A DNA stretch of 64,000 nucleotides from Desulfurococcaceae archaeon (GCA_038816475.1 JAWBAI010000001.1:64001-128000); one strand, 5' to 3'; counted from the stretch's first letter, positions 1 to 9,941 are shown. Numbers and translations: made by a program. The notes: a model not told the origin generated them from the letters alone.

Positions 1-429
1 CTAAGAGCAGCATGGCCTTTAACGGAGGGGTTAATAAAGGTATTCTACAACGCGAAGCAGGGTGTAGTAGCTGCACGTAGAGTAGAGGAAAAGGGTATGA
101 GTAACTGGGAATTTGATGTTGAAGTATCCTACATTAAAACTCCGAAGATAACTAGCGAAAGTGTGATTATAATAAGTGATGTTATGGTTGCAACAGGTTC
201 AACGATAGTAAAAGTACTCCGGGAGCTCACGAATAGGGGTAAAGCAAAGAGGTACTACGTAGCATCTGTTATTACAACCCCTATTGCCTTAGAGAAGATA
301 AGGAGTATATGCGAAGAGCTGAACTTAGTACTGAAAATGTACACAGTAGCCGTGGATCCCGTAGTCAACGATAAGGGCTACATAGTACCAGGGTTAGGGG
401 ATGCTGGCGATAGAGCTTTCGGCTCTTAG
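1..429 (+). CDS. upp: Uracil phosphoribosyltransferase (5'-truncated by window edge)
   Basis: Frame is open from base 1 (LRAAWPLTEG...). PRPP-binding motif IIISDVMVATGST and C-terminal UPRTase signature GYIVPGLGDAGDRAFG. Confidence 0.95.
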   Translation, partial: LRAAWPLTEGLIKVFYNAKQGVVAARRVEEKGMSNWEFDVEVSYIKTPKITSESVIIISDVMVATGSTIVKVLRELTNRGKAKRYYVASVITTPIALEKIRSICEELNLVLKMYTVAVDPVVNDKGYIVPGLGDAGDRAFGS

Positions 430-1262
430 CGACCCGCAGTCGAGTCTGCGAGCTCTTCGAGCATAGATACGAAGTTTACGTCGAGTTTTTTGTATCTCTC
501 AAGGCTTCCCACATCGAACCACTCTCCATCGTACATGTACGCGTAAACCTTAAAGTTCCTTTCCAACAGCCATGGTACAAGGTCTCCCATGAAGTCAAAG
601 GATTTGCCAATGGAATCTTCGATTCTTTCTCTAAAGACGTGTTCCTCGGCGAGAGCTATACCTATGGTTACAGGAATATCGAGAACGGGTTTTTCCGCTA
701 TGTACGTAACTCTGCTATCGCTGTTCACCCTTACTACACCTACTGGAACCTGGTACTTACTGGCTACAACAAGTGTTAAGTCTGCATCATGCTTTTCGTG
801 AAACTTTACGAGGTCTTCCAAGTTTAACGTAGCTAGGATATCACCGTACCATATCAAGCATCTACCTTTTGCTTCGCCCGTTCTGTAAGCCTTAAGAACA
901 GCACCACCAGTTCCAAAGTAGCCCTCCCTCTCATCGTCTAGGGAGTACTTTATTCGAACACCGAAACGAGCACCGTCCCCAAAGTAGTTGTATATGTACT
1001 TCCACTTGTAGTTAACCAAGAACACGAAATCCCTAATACCCCATTTCTTTAACCAGTTCACAATGAGCTCCAGAACAGGCTTTTCGTTGCGCCCAATAGG
1101 AATCATGGGTTTGGGTATGATCTCCGTGTACGGGTGAAATCTAGACCCGGAACCACCAGCTAGTATAAGTGCGTTTATTGACGTATCCAACCAGAACCCC
1201 GGTTTCAACTGAGAACTAATATGTAGCTCTGAAGTTAAAAAGACTTTCTCTTCATCATTCAA
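426..1262 (-). CDS. Sugar-phosphate nucleotidyltransferase (NTP_transferase family)
   Basis: ALILAGGSGSRFHPYTEIIPKPMIPIG, GTGGA, YGD, EKP and WFDVGS motifs. True start may be ~70 nt downstream of the ORF-track start. Confidence 0.9.
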   Translation of the reverse strand: MNDEEKVFLTSELHISSQLKPGFWLDTSINALILAGGSGSRFHPYTEIIPKPMIPIGRNEKPVLELIVNWLKKWGIRDFVFLVNYKWKYIYNYFGDGARFGVRIKYSLDDEREGYFGTGGAVLKAYRTGEAKGRCLIWYGDILATLNLEDLVKFHEKHDADLTLVVASKYQVPVGVVRVNSDSRVTYIAEKPVLDIPVTIGIALAEEHVFRERIEDSIGKSFDFMGDLVPWLLERNFKVYAYMYDGEWFDVGSLERYKKLDVNFVSMLEELADSTAGR

Positions 1263-2250
1263 GTAAACGGAGCTCAGCGATCAGCTCACGTGTAGTTCTC
1301 CTTACAGACTCTTTAGAGCTAAGCGTGGGTTTCCAGCCTAACTTCATTATTCTCTCTACATCTAGTGCTATTCTCTTAACGTCACCGAGCCAGCCCACTC
1401 CGTGTAAAACGGGTTTATAGATCACTCTTGTCTTGTTCTTGAGATTCAGCTCGCTCAGAATAACATCTACAACGTCGTTAACTGTTATCCAGTCGATATT
1501 GCCTATGTTGTATACGTTGTACCCGCTTGGTGACTTAAGCCATGCAACTAGGGTTGCATCAATGGCATCTGTGATATAGAGGTAACTTCTAACTTGTGTA
1601 CCATCCCCTAGAACTTCTAGAACCTCCTTATTTCTGGTTAGCTTTGTGAGCAAGTCGTATATCACTCCGTGTCTGAGCCTAGGTCCTACTATGTTAGCAT
1701 ACCTTAGGATGATAGCGTTCACTCCGTATAGCTTGCTGTAAGCATGTATTAGACTTTCGCAAGAAGCCTTGCTTGCACCGTACACGGAAACCGGTCTTAA
1801 TGGAGCAGTCTCATCCACGGGTATGTTCTCAGGTTCTCCGTAGACAGAGCTCGAAGATGCGAACACTATTTTCTCAACATCGTTTCTGCGCATAGCTTCG
1901 AGAACGTTAAACGTGGCTACGATATTCTCGTTGAAGTGTACTTCTGGTGCGATACTACTAACTCTAACCTCAGGGTTAGCCGCTAGGTGAAAAACCACGT
2001 CTGCGTTGGTTATAGCTCTATATGTGTCCTCTCGATTCTTTAGGTCTACTTGAATGAACTCGGCAGAGCCTTTGTTCAGGTGGTGGCGAATGTTCTCGAT
2101 ACTTCCCGAGGAGAGGTTGTCGATCACCACTACGTGGTAGTTTAATTCCACAAGTTTGTCAACTAGATGACTTCCAATAAAACCCGCTCCTCCTGTTACT
2201 ATGACTTTCATCGGTTGATCCTGTATCATAGTCTCAGGCTCAAAGCCCAA
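1255..2250 (-). CDS. NAD-dependent epimerase/dehydratase (UDP-glucose 4-epimerase-like)
   Basis: VTGGAGFIGSHL Rossmann motif, SSSSVYG and catalytic YGASK. Overlaps the nucleotidyltransferase start (operon). Confidence 0.92.
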   Translation of the reverse strand: MGFEPETMIQDQPMKVIVTGGAGFIGSHLVDKLVELNYHVVVIDNLSSGSIENIRHHLNKGSAEFIQVDLKNREDTYRAITNADVVFHLAANPEVRVSSIAPEVHFNENIVATFNVLEAMRRNDVEKIVFASSSSVYGEPENIPVDETAPLRPVSVYGASKASCESLIHAYSKLYGVNAIILRYANIVGPRLRHGVIYDLLTKLTRNKEVLEVLGDGTQVRSYLYITDAIDATLVAWLKSPSGYNVYNIGNIDWITVNDVVDVILSELNLKNKTRVIYKPVLHGVGWLGDVKRIALDVERIMKLGWKPTLSSKESVRRTTRELIAELRLLE

Positions 2251-2314
2251 CGCTGTCTTAAGTACTACACGTGGTAATAACGATAGAACAGTATATCACT
2301 TGAGGAGATAAATC

Positions 2315-4642
2315 TTACACTATCGGCTTACCGTACCTTTTTGTTAAGGGCTTACTAGTTGCGGCGAGCTTTTCAAGGTAAATTTTCTCCAGTACGTACA
2401 AGCCCTTCTTTCTCGATAAGTACCTGTTATTGTTACCGCAGTATGGACTGTAAACACATTGCGGACATCCATCCTCGCACGTACAACTACTCATGATCTC
2501 GTATGTTACACCAAGAGTGTCCTCTAGCTTATTGTAGAGTAGTTTTGCAAGACCTGACCCTCCTATCGTTGCATCGTACACTATAATGTCCCCACTGGGG
2601 TAGCTTATGCCGCCGAGCTCTGTTAACCCTGCTCCGCAGGTTATACTTGAAGCCGATATCAAACCGTGTTCTATTGCGTGGAAAGCTTCAGCGGAGCTCA
2701 CAATATCCAGTCCTTCGATTTCTGGGAACTTTATCAGCACAGCTTTTGTAACGTACTTGTACTCCACAGGAGCTTCTAACTCGTTCACGTAGATTGTTCT
2801 ACCGTTTTCCAGGTCCTTCATGACGTATCCGTAAACGACCTCTTTGAGGAGAACCTTAGCGTAGGAAACAGCTACACCTAATTCGCTTGATCTTTCGTCG
2901 TAAACAACGTAATCAGCTACATCAACTTCGTAGAGAGGTCTTGTGTAGTAGTGAACACTATTCTCTATTCTTCTTACAACAGCAACTCGCTCTTCCAAAT
3001 CTAGGCGAACAACCCTATATGGTTTACCACCGTGGTAGTACACAGCATCCGGGTAAAGCTCTAGTATGGCTATTGGGAGCTCTCTCGTACCTATAGTACT
3101 CCCTGAAGAGTAATCGTTGATCACTATCTGCTCGCTAAAGCTCCTTATACTTTGTCTTTCCGAGAAATACCTGTACGCTGCACCGTAAATGGGTATCACG
3201 TAAGGCCCCACTCTCTTCAATACACCGCTTAACACGAGATCTTCCACGACAAGTTTCCACTCTTTAGGCAAGTAGTGAATGTTTGCTTTTCCCAACTGGA
3301 GGGTGTAAGCAACGAGGTGAAGCTTAGAGACCTCCTCGTTATATGGCTCAATAACACTCGGAGGTAACTTCTGCTCAAAGAACTTCTCAGGATTTCTAGT
3401 GTAGTAAGCTTCTATCGGGTCATTACCTAGCACTGTGATAACGTATCCCTTACCTCTTCTACCAGCTCTACCAGCTCTCTGAATATACCTCGTGTAAGAT
3501 GGAGGTAGCGTGGCCAATACAACTGCGTCAAGTACTCCCACGTCAATACCCAGTTCTAGCGTTGGTGTGGCGATCACGCCATCAAGTAGCCCCTCGCGTA
3601 GCTTTTGCTCTACATCTCTTCTATGGTCATAAGGTAAACCAGCTCTATGAACAGACACTTTTACACCAAGCTTACCAATTAGAAATGCAGTAAGTAGCTC
3701 AGCGAACTGCTGACTATCCACGAACACTATGAACCTCTTACCGTTCTCGGTCAGAAACTTCACTATTGTCAAGATAACACTAAGTTTATCCATATATCCC
3801 GTTGAGATGAACACATGAACAGCTGAACCCTTTCTTCGAGCTGGTCCTTTTATTTCTACAAAGCTTTCCTCGAACAAGCTCTCAGCAAACTCCTTAGGGT
3901 TACCTATGGTTGCAGACGATGCTATAATCTGTGTTTTTTCTCTCCTGAATGCTTTGATTCTGTGTACAAGATGATGTAGGTGGGCACCCAGCACACCATC
4001 GTATACGTGTAGTTCGTCAAAGACAAGTGTACGCGTATTCTTCACGAAGTTTCGAATATAGGGGCTAAAAACTAATCCTGTGTGGATCATGTCAGGGTTT
4101 GAGACAATAACTGGGGGTGGATTTAGTGCAATCTTTTTTCGTACGTTCTCCGGGGTGTCTCCATCGTATATACTAACACCAAGTTTTCCATAAACCAGGT
4201 ACTCGGAAAACCGTTTAACCTGGTCTCTGGCTAAAGCCTTTGTTGGGTATAGTAGAAGCACCTTTGGATTCTCTCCTATTTCTTCCAGAGCTTTCTTTGC
4301 TATTGGGAGAAAGAAAGCCTCGGTTTTACCCATACCTGTCCCGGCTGAGATCACTACGTTTTCTCCGTTCAGAATGCGTTTGTATGCTTCAAATTGAAAC
4401 TTGTACAAGTTTCTTATGCCACGTTTTTCTAGAACCTCTACGAGGGGTCTTGGAAGATCAATATCATAAACGCACGGACCTTCCTCTGGTTCGTAAACCT
4501 CCTCTATTCTCTCGTAAACAACGTGAACTCTACTTCTTGGATAAAGGAACCCTAGGTGTTGATTCAGTTCAATTGTAAAAGCATCTCTAATGGTTCTAGT
4601 CAAGCGGATCACTTGCCGGCGAACTCCACAGTAATTATCCAT
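2315..4642 (-). CDS. Hrq1/SftH-like DEAD/DEAH-box helicase with C-terminal DUF1998 (Zn-binding) domain
   Basis: Walker A GTGMGKT, YPTKALARDQ, DELH, SATIGN, TLELGIDVG, QRAGRAGR; C-terminal CTCEDGCPQC...CGNNN. Real start probably somewhat downstream of 4642. Confidence 0.9.
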   Translation of the reverse strand: MDNYCGVRRQVIRLTRTIRDAFTIELNQHLGFLYPRSRVHVVYERIEEVYEPEEGPCVYDIDLPRPLVEVLEKRGIRNLYKFQFEAYKRILNGENVVISAGTGMGKTEAFFLPIAKKALEEIGENPKVLLLYPTKALARDQVKRFSEYLVYGKLGVSIYDGDTPENVRKKIALNPPPVIVSNPDMIHTGLVFSPYIRNFVKNTRTLVFDELHVYDGVLGAHLHHLVHRIKAFRREKTQIIASSATIGNPKEFAESLFEESFVEIKGPARRKGSAVHVFISTGYMDKLSVILTIVKFLTENGKRFIVFVDSQQFAELLTAFLIGKLGVKVSVHRAGLPYDHRRDVEQKLREGLLDGVIATPTLELGIDVGVLDAVVLATLPPSYTRYIQRAGRAGRRGKGYVITVLGNDPIEAYYTRNPEKFFEQKLPPSVIEPYNEEVSKLHLVAYTLQLGKANIHYLPKEWKLVVEDLVLSGVLKRVGPYVIPIYGAAYRYFSERQSIRSFSEQIVINDYSSGSTIGTRELPIAILELYPDAVYYHGGKPYRVVRLDLEERVAVVRRIENSVHYYTRPLYEVDVADYVVYDERSSELGVAVSYAKVLLKEVVYGYVMKDLENGRTIYVNELEAPVEYKYVTKAVLIKFPEIEGLDIVSSAEAFHAIEHGLISASSITCGAGLTELGGISYPSGDIIVYDATIGGSGLAKLLYNKLEDTLGVTYEIMSSCTCEDGCPQCVYSPYCGNNNRYLSRKKGLYVLEKIYLEKLAATSKPLTKRYGKPIV

Positions 4643-4742
4643 TGGCGAGCTCTTATTTGCAAGAGCATTGCCAATGCTTGGTGCGTTTAAGTAAAACTAA
4701 ACAAAGCTGTATTAGGTATGAATGAGACTAAGTACGTTGAAA

Positions 4743-5663
4743 CTATTCTTCGTATCTCAACTCGAATACTTCGTTGCTACTAAGTTTTACTGTTCCAGTA
4801 TCGGATTCTACTACTAGATCGCCTGTTTCAGTTATAGATTTGGCAATTCCTCTCACTACTTCGCCTTTCACGGTATATGCTCGAACCTTCTTACCGAGTG
4901 TATCGAGTAAGTCTATGTACAGAGACTGGATCTTCCTGTGGTTTTCGGCGTAAACTTCGAGCTTGCCAAAGAAACCAGTTATTTGTGCTATGATACTGTT
5001 TCTTGGAACAAGCTTATCAACAATAAGCTTTAAGCTGGTTGCTGTTTCTAGTGGTGGCTCGTTATTGACGTTCATACCGATGCCTATGGTTGCTACCACT
5101 CTGCCCCCGTAAACCTCGCCTTCGAGAATAATTCCCGCGAGCTTCTTCCGCCTGTAAACTATGTCGTTAGGCCATTTGATCTCTGCCTGAAATCCCCATC
5201 TTTCCCGCAAGTACAAGCAAATTAGTGTGGGTATAACTATGGGTAATAATTGGACGAGTGATGGGGTAAGTTCTATATTGTACGATGCCCATAAACCGCC
5301 AAGATTACTAATCCACTGTTTAAGGTGTCTACCGTAGCCTTTAAGCTGATGTTCGGCAACTACAAGAGTCCATGGTGGAGACCTCTTGGCAACAACCATA
5401 GTTGATCCTACCAGGATCTTGTAGGTGTAGTTCCACCCCCAAGGTTTAAGCCATGCTGGATTATCTCCAGCTTGCCAGATGATGCTGTCTCTTTCGAGTT
5501 TTATCATGTAGTTTTTGGAGAGATCCTCAATGATCCCCCTAAGGTCATCCTCTTGTATACCTAGTTCAGCGGCGAGCCTAGATATGTTGGCGCGTTCTCG
5601 GGTGGATAGGGTTCTCAAAATCTCCAGTTTCACGTATATAGAGCTCAGTATGTCTTTGTTCAT
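4743..5663 (-). CDS. birA: Biotin--protein ligase with N-terminal wHTH (BirA-like)
   Basis: AEHQLKGYGR, KWPND, KKLAGIILE and GIGMNVN BPL motifs; N-terminal HTH-like segment; C-terminal SH3-like BPL_C. Confidence 0.85.
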   Translation of the reverse strand: MNKDILSSIYVKLEILRTLSTRERANISRLAAELGIQEDDLRGIIEDLSKNYMIKLERDSIIWQAGDNPAWLKPWGWNYTYKILVGSTMVVAKRSPPWTLVVAEHQLKGYGRHLKQWISNLGGLWASYNIELTPSLVQLLPIVIPTLICLYLRERWGFQAEIKWPNDIVYRRKKLAGIILEGEVYGGRVVATIGIGMNVNNEPPLETATSLKLIVDKLVPRNSIIAQITGFFGKLEVYAENHRKIQSLYIDLLDTLGKKVRAYTVKGEVVRGIAKSITETGDLVVESDTGTVKLSSNEVFELRYEE

Positions 5664-6328
5664 TTCTTAACCCTTCCTATGATCTTATCTACTCTAAGAA
5701 CGGTCGGTAAATCAGGATATATCTGTCTTAAAAAGTCGTATAGATTAACTACAGGAGCATTCAGCCTTGCTGGTTGAAGTTCAACTATTCCTTCTCTCCA
5801 TAATTTTGAAAGTGCAAGAAGAAATAAGCTTCTTACGTTCTCAGCTTCTTTAGCAGCAAGATACTCGTTTCTCAAGTAGTAATATAGTATTGGAATGTTA
5901 TTCCCGAATTTTTCAAGGGCCTCTCGGTCTTTTTTCACAATGTGGCATGCTAAGCTGAGACCGTAATCCGTTGAAGCAGTAATGTACTTGTTTACTTCAT
6001 CTATGCTGTACTTGACATGCCTTGGAATATACGGAAAGCTTCTGCAAATGTAGGGTTTATAGATGTAGTGTATTGTACACTTGTTATTCCTTAGGAAAGG
6101 ACACTGCTTACCGGTATTCAACTGCATAGCGTAGCTGAATGCTAAGTTAACACCTCTAATAGCCTCGTACACGGTGTACCCAGGTGTGAACCTCACGTCT
6201 ACATCTAGTAATTCTCCAAGCTTTTTCAGAATAACCTCTTCGTGTGGAAGCACTGATATAGGGGACATTTTGCAGCAGTCTCCGCACATATCGCACATAA
6301 ATACTGGGATACTACTGGTTGATACCAA
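5660..6328 (-). CDS. YkgJ-family CxxCxxCC cysteine-cluster protein
   Basis: CDMCGDCC, CPFL...CTIH..KPYICRSFPY pattern. Confidence 0.85.
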   Translation of the reverse strand: MVSTSSIPVFMCDMCGDCCKMSPISVLPHEEVILKKLGELLDVDVRFTPGYTVYEAIRGVNLAFSYAMQLNTGKQCPFLRNNKCTIHYIYKPYICRSFPYIPRHVKYSIDEVNKYITASTDYGLSLACHIVKKDREALEKFGNNIPILYYYLRNEYLAAKEAENVRSLFLLALSKLWREGIVELQPARLNAPVVNLYDFLRQIYPDLPTVLRVDKIIGRVKK

Positions 6329-6340
6329 AAGATTTTACAC

Positions 6341-6886
6341 CTACACAGTCGCGTAGTAACCCGGTATATGCTCCCTATACAGCATCTTAACTCTTTCAAC
6401 TCCACGGATCTCCTCGATGTACTCAGCAACGGGTGGTGGAACTAGCTCCTTCCAACGAGGATCCCCCATAGCCATCAATCTCCTAACCTCCGACCCAGTG
6501 AACTTTGTTCTATCCCGTATAGATGGTTCTACAACATCATACCCTTCTTCTATGAACAACTGCTTTATAATGGGGTTAAGTGTTAGAACAGTGTGAAATG
6601 CAGGACTATAGAGCTTTACGTAGTGAACAGCAACTCTGCTAACCTCCATTGTTGGTATTGTAACGGTTATCACTCTGGATAAATCGTAGTTTCTCCATTT
6701 TAAGGCTCTTCTTATCATCTCTATGCGTTCACCGGCTGTGAACGGGTTTTCTGGAGTGTGGCTCTGACTAGCCATACCAACTGCTACCACAACTTCATTT
6801 GAGATCGAAAAAGCGTATTCGAGCGCGTGCAAGTGTCCATAGTGCAAAGGCTGAAACCTCGCTATCATTAAGCATCTTTTAGTCAT
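6341..6886 (-). CDS. nadM: Nicotinamide-nucleotide adenylyltransferase
   Basis: RFQPLHYGH (HxGH), SHTPENPFTAGERIEMI, TGSEVR and WKELVP motifs of archaeal NMNAT. Confidence 0.92.
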   Translation of the reverse strand: MTKRCLMIARFQPLHYGHLHALEYAFSISNEVVVAVGMASQSHTPENPFTAGERIEMIRRALKWRNYDLSRVITVTIPTMEVSRVAVHYVKLYSPAFHTVLTLNPIIKQLFIEEGYDVVEPSIRDRTKFTGSEVRRLMAMGDPRWKELVPPPVAEYIEEIRGVERVKMLYREHIPGYYATV

Positions 6887-6949
6887 GCGCGTAACCCATG
6901 TACTAGCAGTTTCTTTGGTACCTAAATATTAGTTTATCAGTTAAGGTTG

Positions 6950-7330
6950 TCACTGAGATGTCTTGAGTTTTCTGTAGTAATCTTCGAGTATTCTTACGAT
7001 CTCCTTTGCTCTCTCAGTTTCTAGACTGAGAATACACTGCTCCAGGAGCTCGATTTTGTACTTCTTGTACTCATCTTGTGATATCTCACCTTGAGATAAC
7101 ATTCTTTCCAACAACGCGATGCAATCTCTATCGAGACCTCTGCGTGAAGGCACTAATGCCATTATATAAGAGTATCTCTCGTCCACCGGTCTTATCTCTA
7201 CGTACTTTTCGATCCCCGATTTTATAACTAGGTCTCTTACTTTCTCCAGCTCGTGAATTTCGAAAATAAAGCACTCAATTTTCTTGAAAGCCGTAATAAC
7301 CCTTTCTACCAGAGAAACGAGCTCACTCAC
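6950..7330 (-). CDS. Hypothetical protein (126 aa)
   Basis: ORF with 4-nt stop/start overlap to upstream gene; typical composition; no recognisable motif. Confidence 0.7.
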   Translation of the reverse strand: MSELVSLVERVITAFKKIECFIFEIHELEKVRDLVIKSGIEKYVEIRPVDERYSYIMALVPSRRGLDRDCIALLERMLSQGEISQDEYKKYKIELLEQCILSLETERAKEIVRILEDYYRKLKTSQ

Positions 7331-7752
7331 TTTTCATCACCGAGCTTTGTCATTATCACAGGAATTTTCTGAGAATCTAAAACAAGTCTAACAAGCCACG
7401 CGAACACAGGGTCACCCTTACTGTACACTACGTAGCCATTCCTGTATTTAGCTCTGTAAACCATTTGACCCTTGCTATTGTACACTGAAATGTACCCTTT
7501 AACGGTGTTCCTAAAGTTTCTAACCATCCATACGTGTATGGCGAAGTCTCCTGGGTCTAAGCTTAGCGAAACATACTTGGCTTCTCCACGCGAGTAAGTT
7601 GGCTTAGCCTGTTCCTCATTGTACCGGGCTTTCGTGTAGGAAAAAAGCCCCTCTCTTTTCTTGTAAACGAAAACCATGCTGTAAAGAACGTGTTTTCCAC
7701 GTCTACTGCGTGATCTCTCGATTTTGAAAACTAGTGCTTGCAACACGCTCAT
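7327..7752 (-). CDS. Hypothetical basic protein (141 aa), resembles conserved crenarchaeal proteins
   Basis: Coupled on both sides by 4-nt overlaps; basic N-terminal motif ERSRSRRGKH; beta-rich. Confidence 0.75.
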   Translation of the reverse strand: MSVLQALVFKIERSRSRRGKHVLYSMVFVYKKREGLFSYTKARYNEEQAKPTYSRGEAKYVSLSLDPGDFAIHVWMVRNFRNTVKGYISVYNSKGQMVYRAKYRNGYVVYSKGDPVFAWLVRLVLDSQKIPVIMTKLGDEK

Positions 7753-7997
7753 CCTTTGTGGACAATGTACAGTAACCCTTCTCTCAGCTCTATTTCAGGA
7801 TTGTCAGATTCCACCAGGATTGCTATTTTCTCGTGAAAAAGTTGTCTACTGATTCTTACCTCAGGTGATCTGATGACCACCTGCTTTACACCTTTAATTT
7901 CCCTGCTGAGAGAGAGTTTACCAGAGTTGTCATATACGTAGATATGTACATCATACTCTTCCACCTTAGGTACAAGGTACATCATTATCTTAGCCAT
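7749..7997 (-). CDS. Hypothetical protein (82 aa)
   Basis: ATG with GGTG-type RBS, 21 nt after the HD-protein stop; ATGA overlap with the next gene. Confidence 0.7.
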   Translation of the reverse strand: MAKIMMYLVPKVEEYDVHIYVYDNSGKLSLSREIKGVKQVVIRSPEVRISRQLFHEKIAILVESDNPEIELREGLLYIVHKG

Positions 7998-8018
7998 GCT
8001 AACACCAGCTTATGCTGT

Positions 8019-9560
8019 TTACATTGTTAGTTTCACTTTGTAGTAATCCCTTCCAGTATAAGATGTATAAATGTCTTTTACAGCTTTACTAACGGTTAGC
8101 ACGTCGATACCTAGCACGGTATTGATGGCGTTTAGTAGTGCTTGCGTTGCAGGCAACTCAAGATCCACGCTATACTTATTCCTAGCAACATACAATCTAA
8201 AGATGACCTCTATAGGCAATTCTTCAGATACAATATCTAGTTCTTCACTTATGGTAATCTTTCTACCGGATCTCTTGCCAACCCTGAGAACAAGCGGTGG
8301 ATTCATTTGCTCCGAGCTTGGGTAAATCGTAGATCTCGGTAGCGGTGTTATATCTAGAACATCCAGCCAAAGATCCTCCCCGCTTAGATTGTGCTTTTTA
8401 AGATCTTCAATTATCACTTCGTGAACGGATTCAATAACCTTCTTTCTATACTCGCTATCAAGGACTAGTTTAAGAGCTGTTTTCAGAGCGTCTAAACCCT
8501 TGTAGACGGACAACGATACATCTCTTCCAATACGTCTCCACTCCGGTTTTCTCTCAACTATTAATCTACGGCAGAGTTCACCTACTCTTGTTTTATCACG
8601 AAGAGCTTTTGACATCATAATAGCGTAGAAGAAAGCATCTGTGAGCTCCAAGTACCCTTCAACATCACCATGTTTAATTCTGAGAACTCTATCCGTTAAC
8701 CCTATTTCCGGATCCAGGTAGTAGATGATGTCGTACAGTATCCTGTCGAAAGATCTACACACACTATGGTAGTATACGTGTTCGTACATACTAGCTTTTG
8801 CTCTCATGTATTGCTTGAACTCACCTAGTGCTACTCGGTCTATGACTATCTCGAACTTGTCTCCTAGTAGTATAGGATAGCTGTTCTTGTATAGCCTTTC
8901 GTACATTATAGAACCATACTCGGATGTCCCAGCGTAGTAGCTATCTCTTCTCAAGAAATCGAGTATATCAGCTGGATAATACCCGTCTTTTATAATCCAT
9001 TTGAGTAAACTAGCAATTCCTCGAGGTTCCGAGTCACCTAAGAGTGTGTACACTAACTCCTTGAAGCCAGAAAGATTCTTGTCTACTTTCTCGAGTTGAT
9101 CCTCGATAATGTTCTTAACCAGTAGATAGCCTATTTTCTCGTGGTTTGATAGCTCTCTAGGCAAATTTTTCCTCCAAAGTAACGCGTATTCAAAGGCGTG
9201 TCCAAAGGCTGCATGACCTACGTCGTGTAATAGCCCGCTAATTCTTGATGCTTCTACAATGGTTGCAGGCTCGTAGCCTTCTAGGGCTTCTTTCCCATAA
9301 ATCGACACGACTTTGTAGAGAAGATCCTCGGTCATTAAACCAGCGAGATGCATTACACCTAGGCTGTGTTGAAACCTGGTATGCACAGCACCTGGGTAAA
9401 CGTAGTGAGCTGTTTGAAGCTGCATGATATACCTGAGTCTTTGTAAAATGATGCTGTTGATGATAGGTTCTTCGATTTCCGTATTGAAGTATACATAGCC
9501 GTAGAGAGGATCGCTAACCATTTTCCAAGTTAGGTCTGTTCTGAGCTCCTTTATATGCAT
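8019..9560 (-). CDS. HD-domain phosphohydrolase, SAMHD1/dNTP triphosphohydrolase-like (COG1078-type)
   Basis: DPLYGYV, QRLRYIMQL..VYPGAVHTRFQHSLG, LLHDVGH, ADILDFLRRDSY, VYYH motifs. Start placed at ATG 9560 after a GGTGGTG RBS (ORF track gives 9581). Confidence 0.9.
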   Translation of the reverse strand: MHIKELRTDLTWKMVSDPLYGYVYFNTEIEEPIINSIILQRLRYIMQLQTAHYVYPGAVHTRFQHSLGVMHLAGLMTEDLLYKVVSIYGKEALEGYEPATIVEASRISGLLHDVGHAAFGHAFEYALLWRKNLPRELSNHEKIGYLLVKNIIEDQLEKVDKNLSGFKELVYTLLGDSEPRGIASLLKWIIKDGYYPADILDFLRRDSYYAGTSEYGSIMYERLYKNSYPILLGDKFEIVIDRVALGEFKQYMRAKASMYEHVYYHSVCRSFDRILYDIIYYLDPEIGLTDRVLRIKHGDVEGYLELTDAFFYAIMMSKALRDKTRVGELCRRLIVERKPEWRRIGRDVSLSVYKGLDALKTALKLVLDSEYRKKVIESVHEVIIEDLKKHNLSGEDLWLDVLDITPLPRSTIYPSSEQMNPPLVLRVGKRSGRKITISEELDIVSEELPIEVIFRLYVARNKYSVDLELPATQALLNAINTVLGIDVLTVSKAVKDIYTSYTGRDYYKVKLTM

Positions 9561-9658
9561 ATAAGCACCACCACTGCCCATTTAACGAGAGGTTTAGGAG
9601 GAGAAAAACTTTTATATTCTACAACCACAATCTGTTGATTCACTTAAGTTTAAAGCTG

Positions 9659-9847
9659 TTATTTCTTCGCAACCCAGCCTTCAGGCGTTCTTTCAGCTAG
9701 TCCTTCTTTCCTGAGATCATGAAGTCTAGCTCTAACAGTACTGTAGTTTATTCCTGTCATTTTAGCTATTTCCTTGGGCATAAGTGGCTTGCTCTGGGAC
9801 CTTAGGAATTCTAGTATTTTTTCTTTGGCTGTTTTAGCCTCGCTCAT
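9659..9847 (-). CDS. Small basic winged-helix DNA-binding protein (62 aa)
   Basis: MSEAKTAKEKILEFL...PKEIAKMTGINYSTVRARLHDLRKEGL wHTH pattern. Start at ATG 9847 avoids overlap with the divergent gene. Confidence 0.8.
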   Translation of the reverse strand: MSEAKTAKEKILEFLRSQSKPLMPKEIAKMTGINYSTVRARLHDLRKEGLAERTPEGWVAKK

Positions 9848-9880
9848 GGAGATCCCCGATCCTAGTGTTCGTTCTCGGGG

Positions 9881-9888
9881 TTTATAAA
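9881..9888. promoter_or_regulatory. Palindromic TATA box (TTTATAAA) between divergent wHTH and DHH genes
   Basis: Archaeal TATA consensus about 34 nt upstream of the wHTH ATG; palindromic, so it could serve either direction. Confidence 0.5.
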
Positions 9889-9941
9889 GTCGCATTTTAA
9901 TAGCTAAACAGACTAGATTAGTACTAGTCCCGGTGCTGATC

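Noticed and set aside
1205-1258. ATGATGA...CAGA...TTGA on the minus strand at the epimerase stop, resembling a C/D sRNA
   Set aside because: The C box is simply the stop/start junction; no C' box, imperfect D, AT-rich guides.
9659-9847. Resemblance of the small wHTH to a Z-alpha (Z-DNA-binding) domain (C-terminal P..W)
   Set aside because: The Asn/Tyr recognition-helix residues of Z-alpha are not in the required positions.
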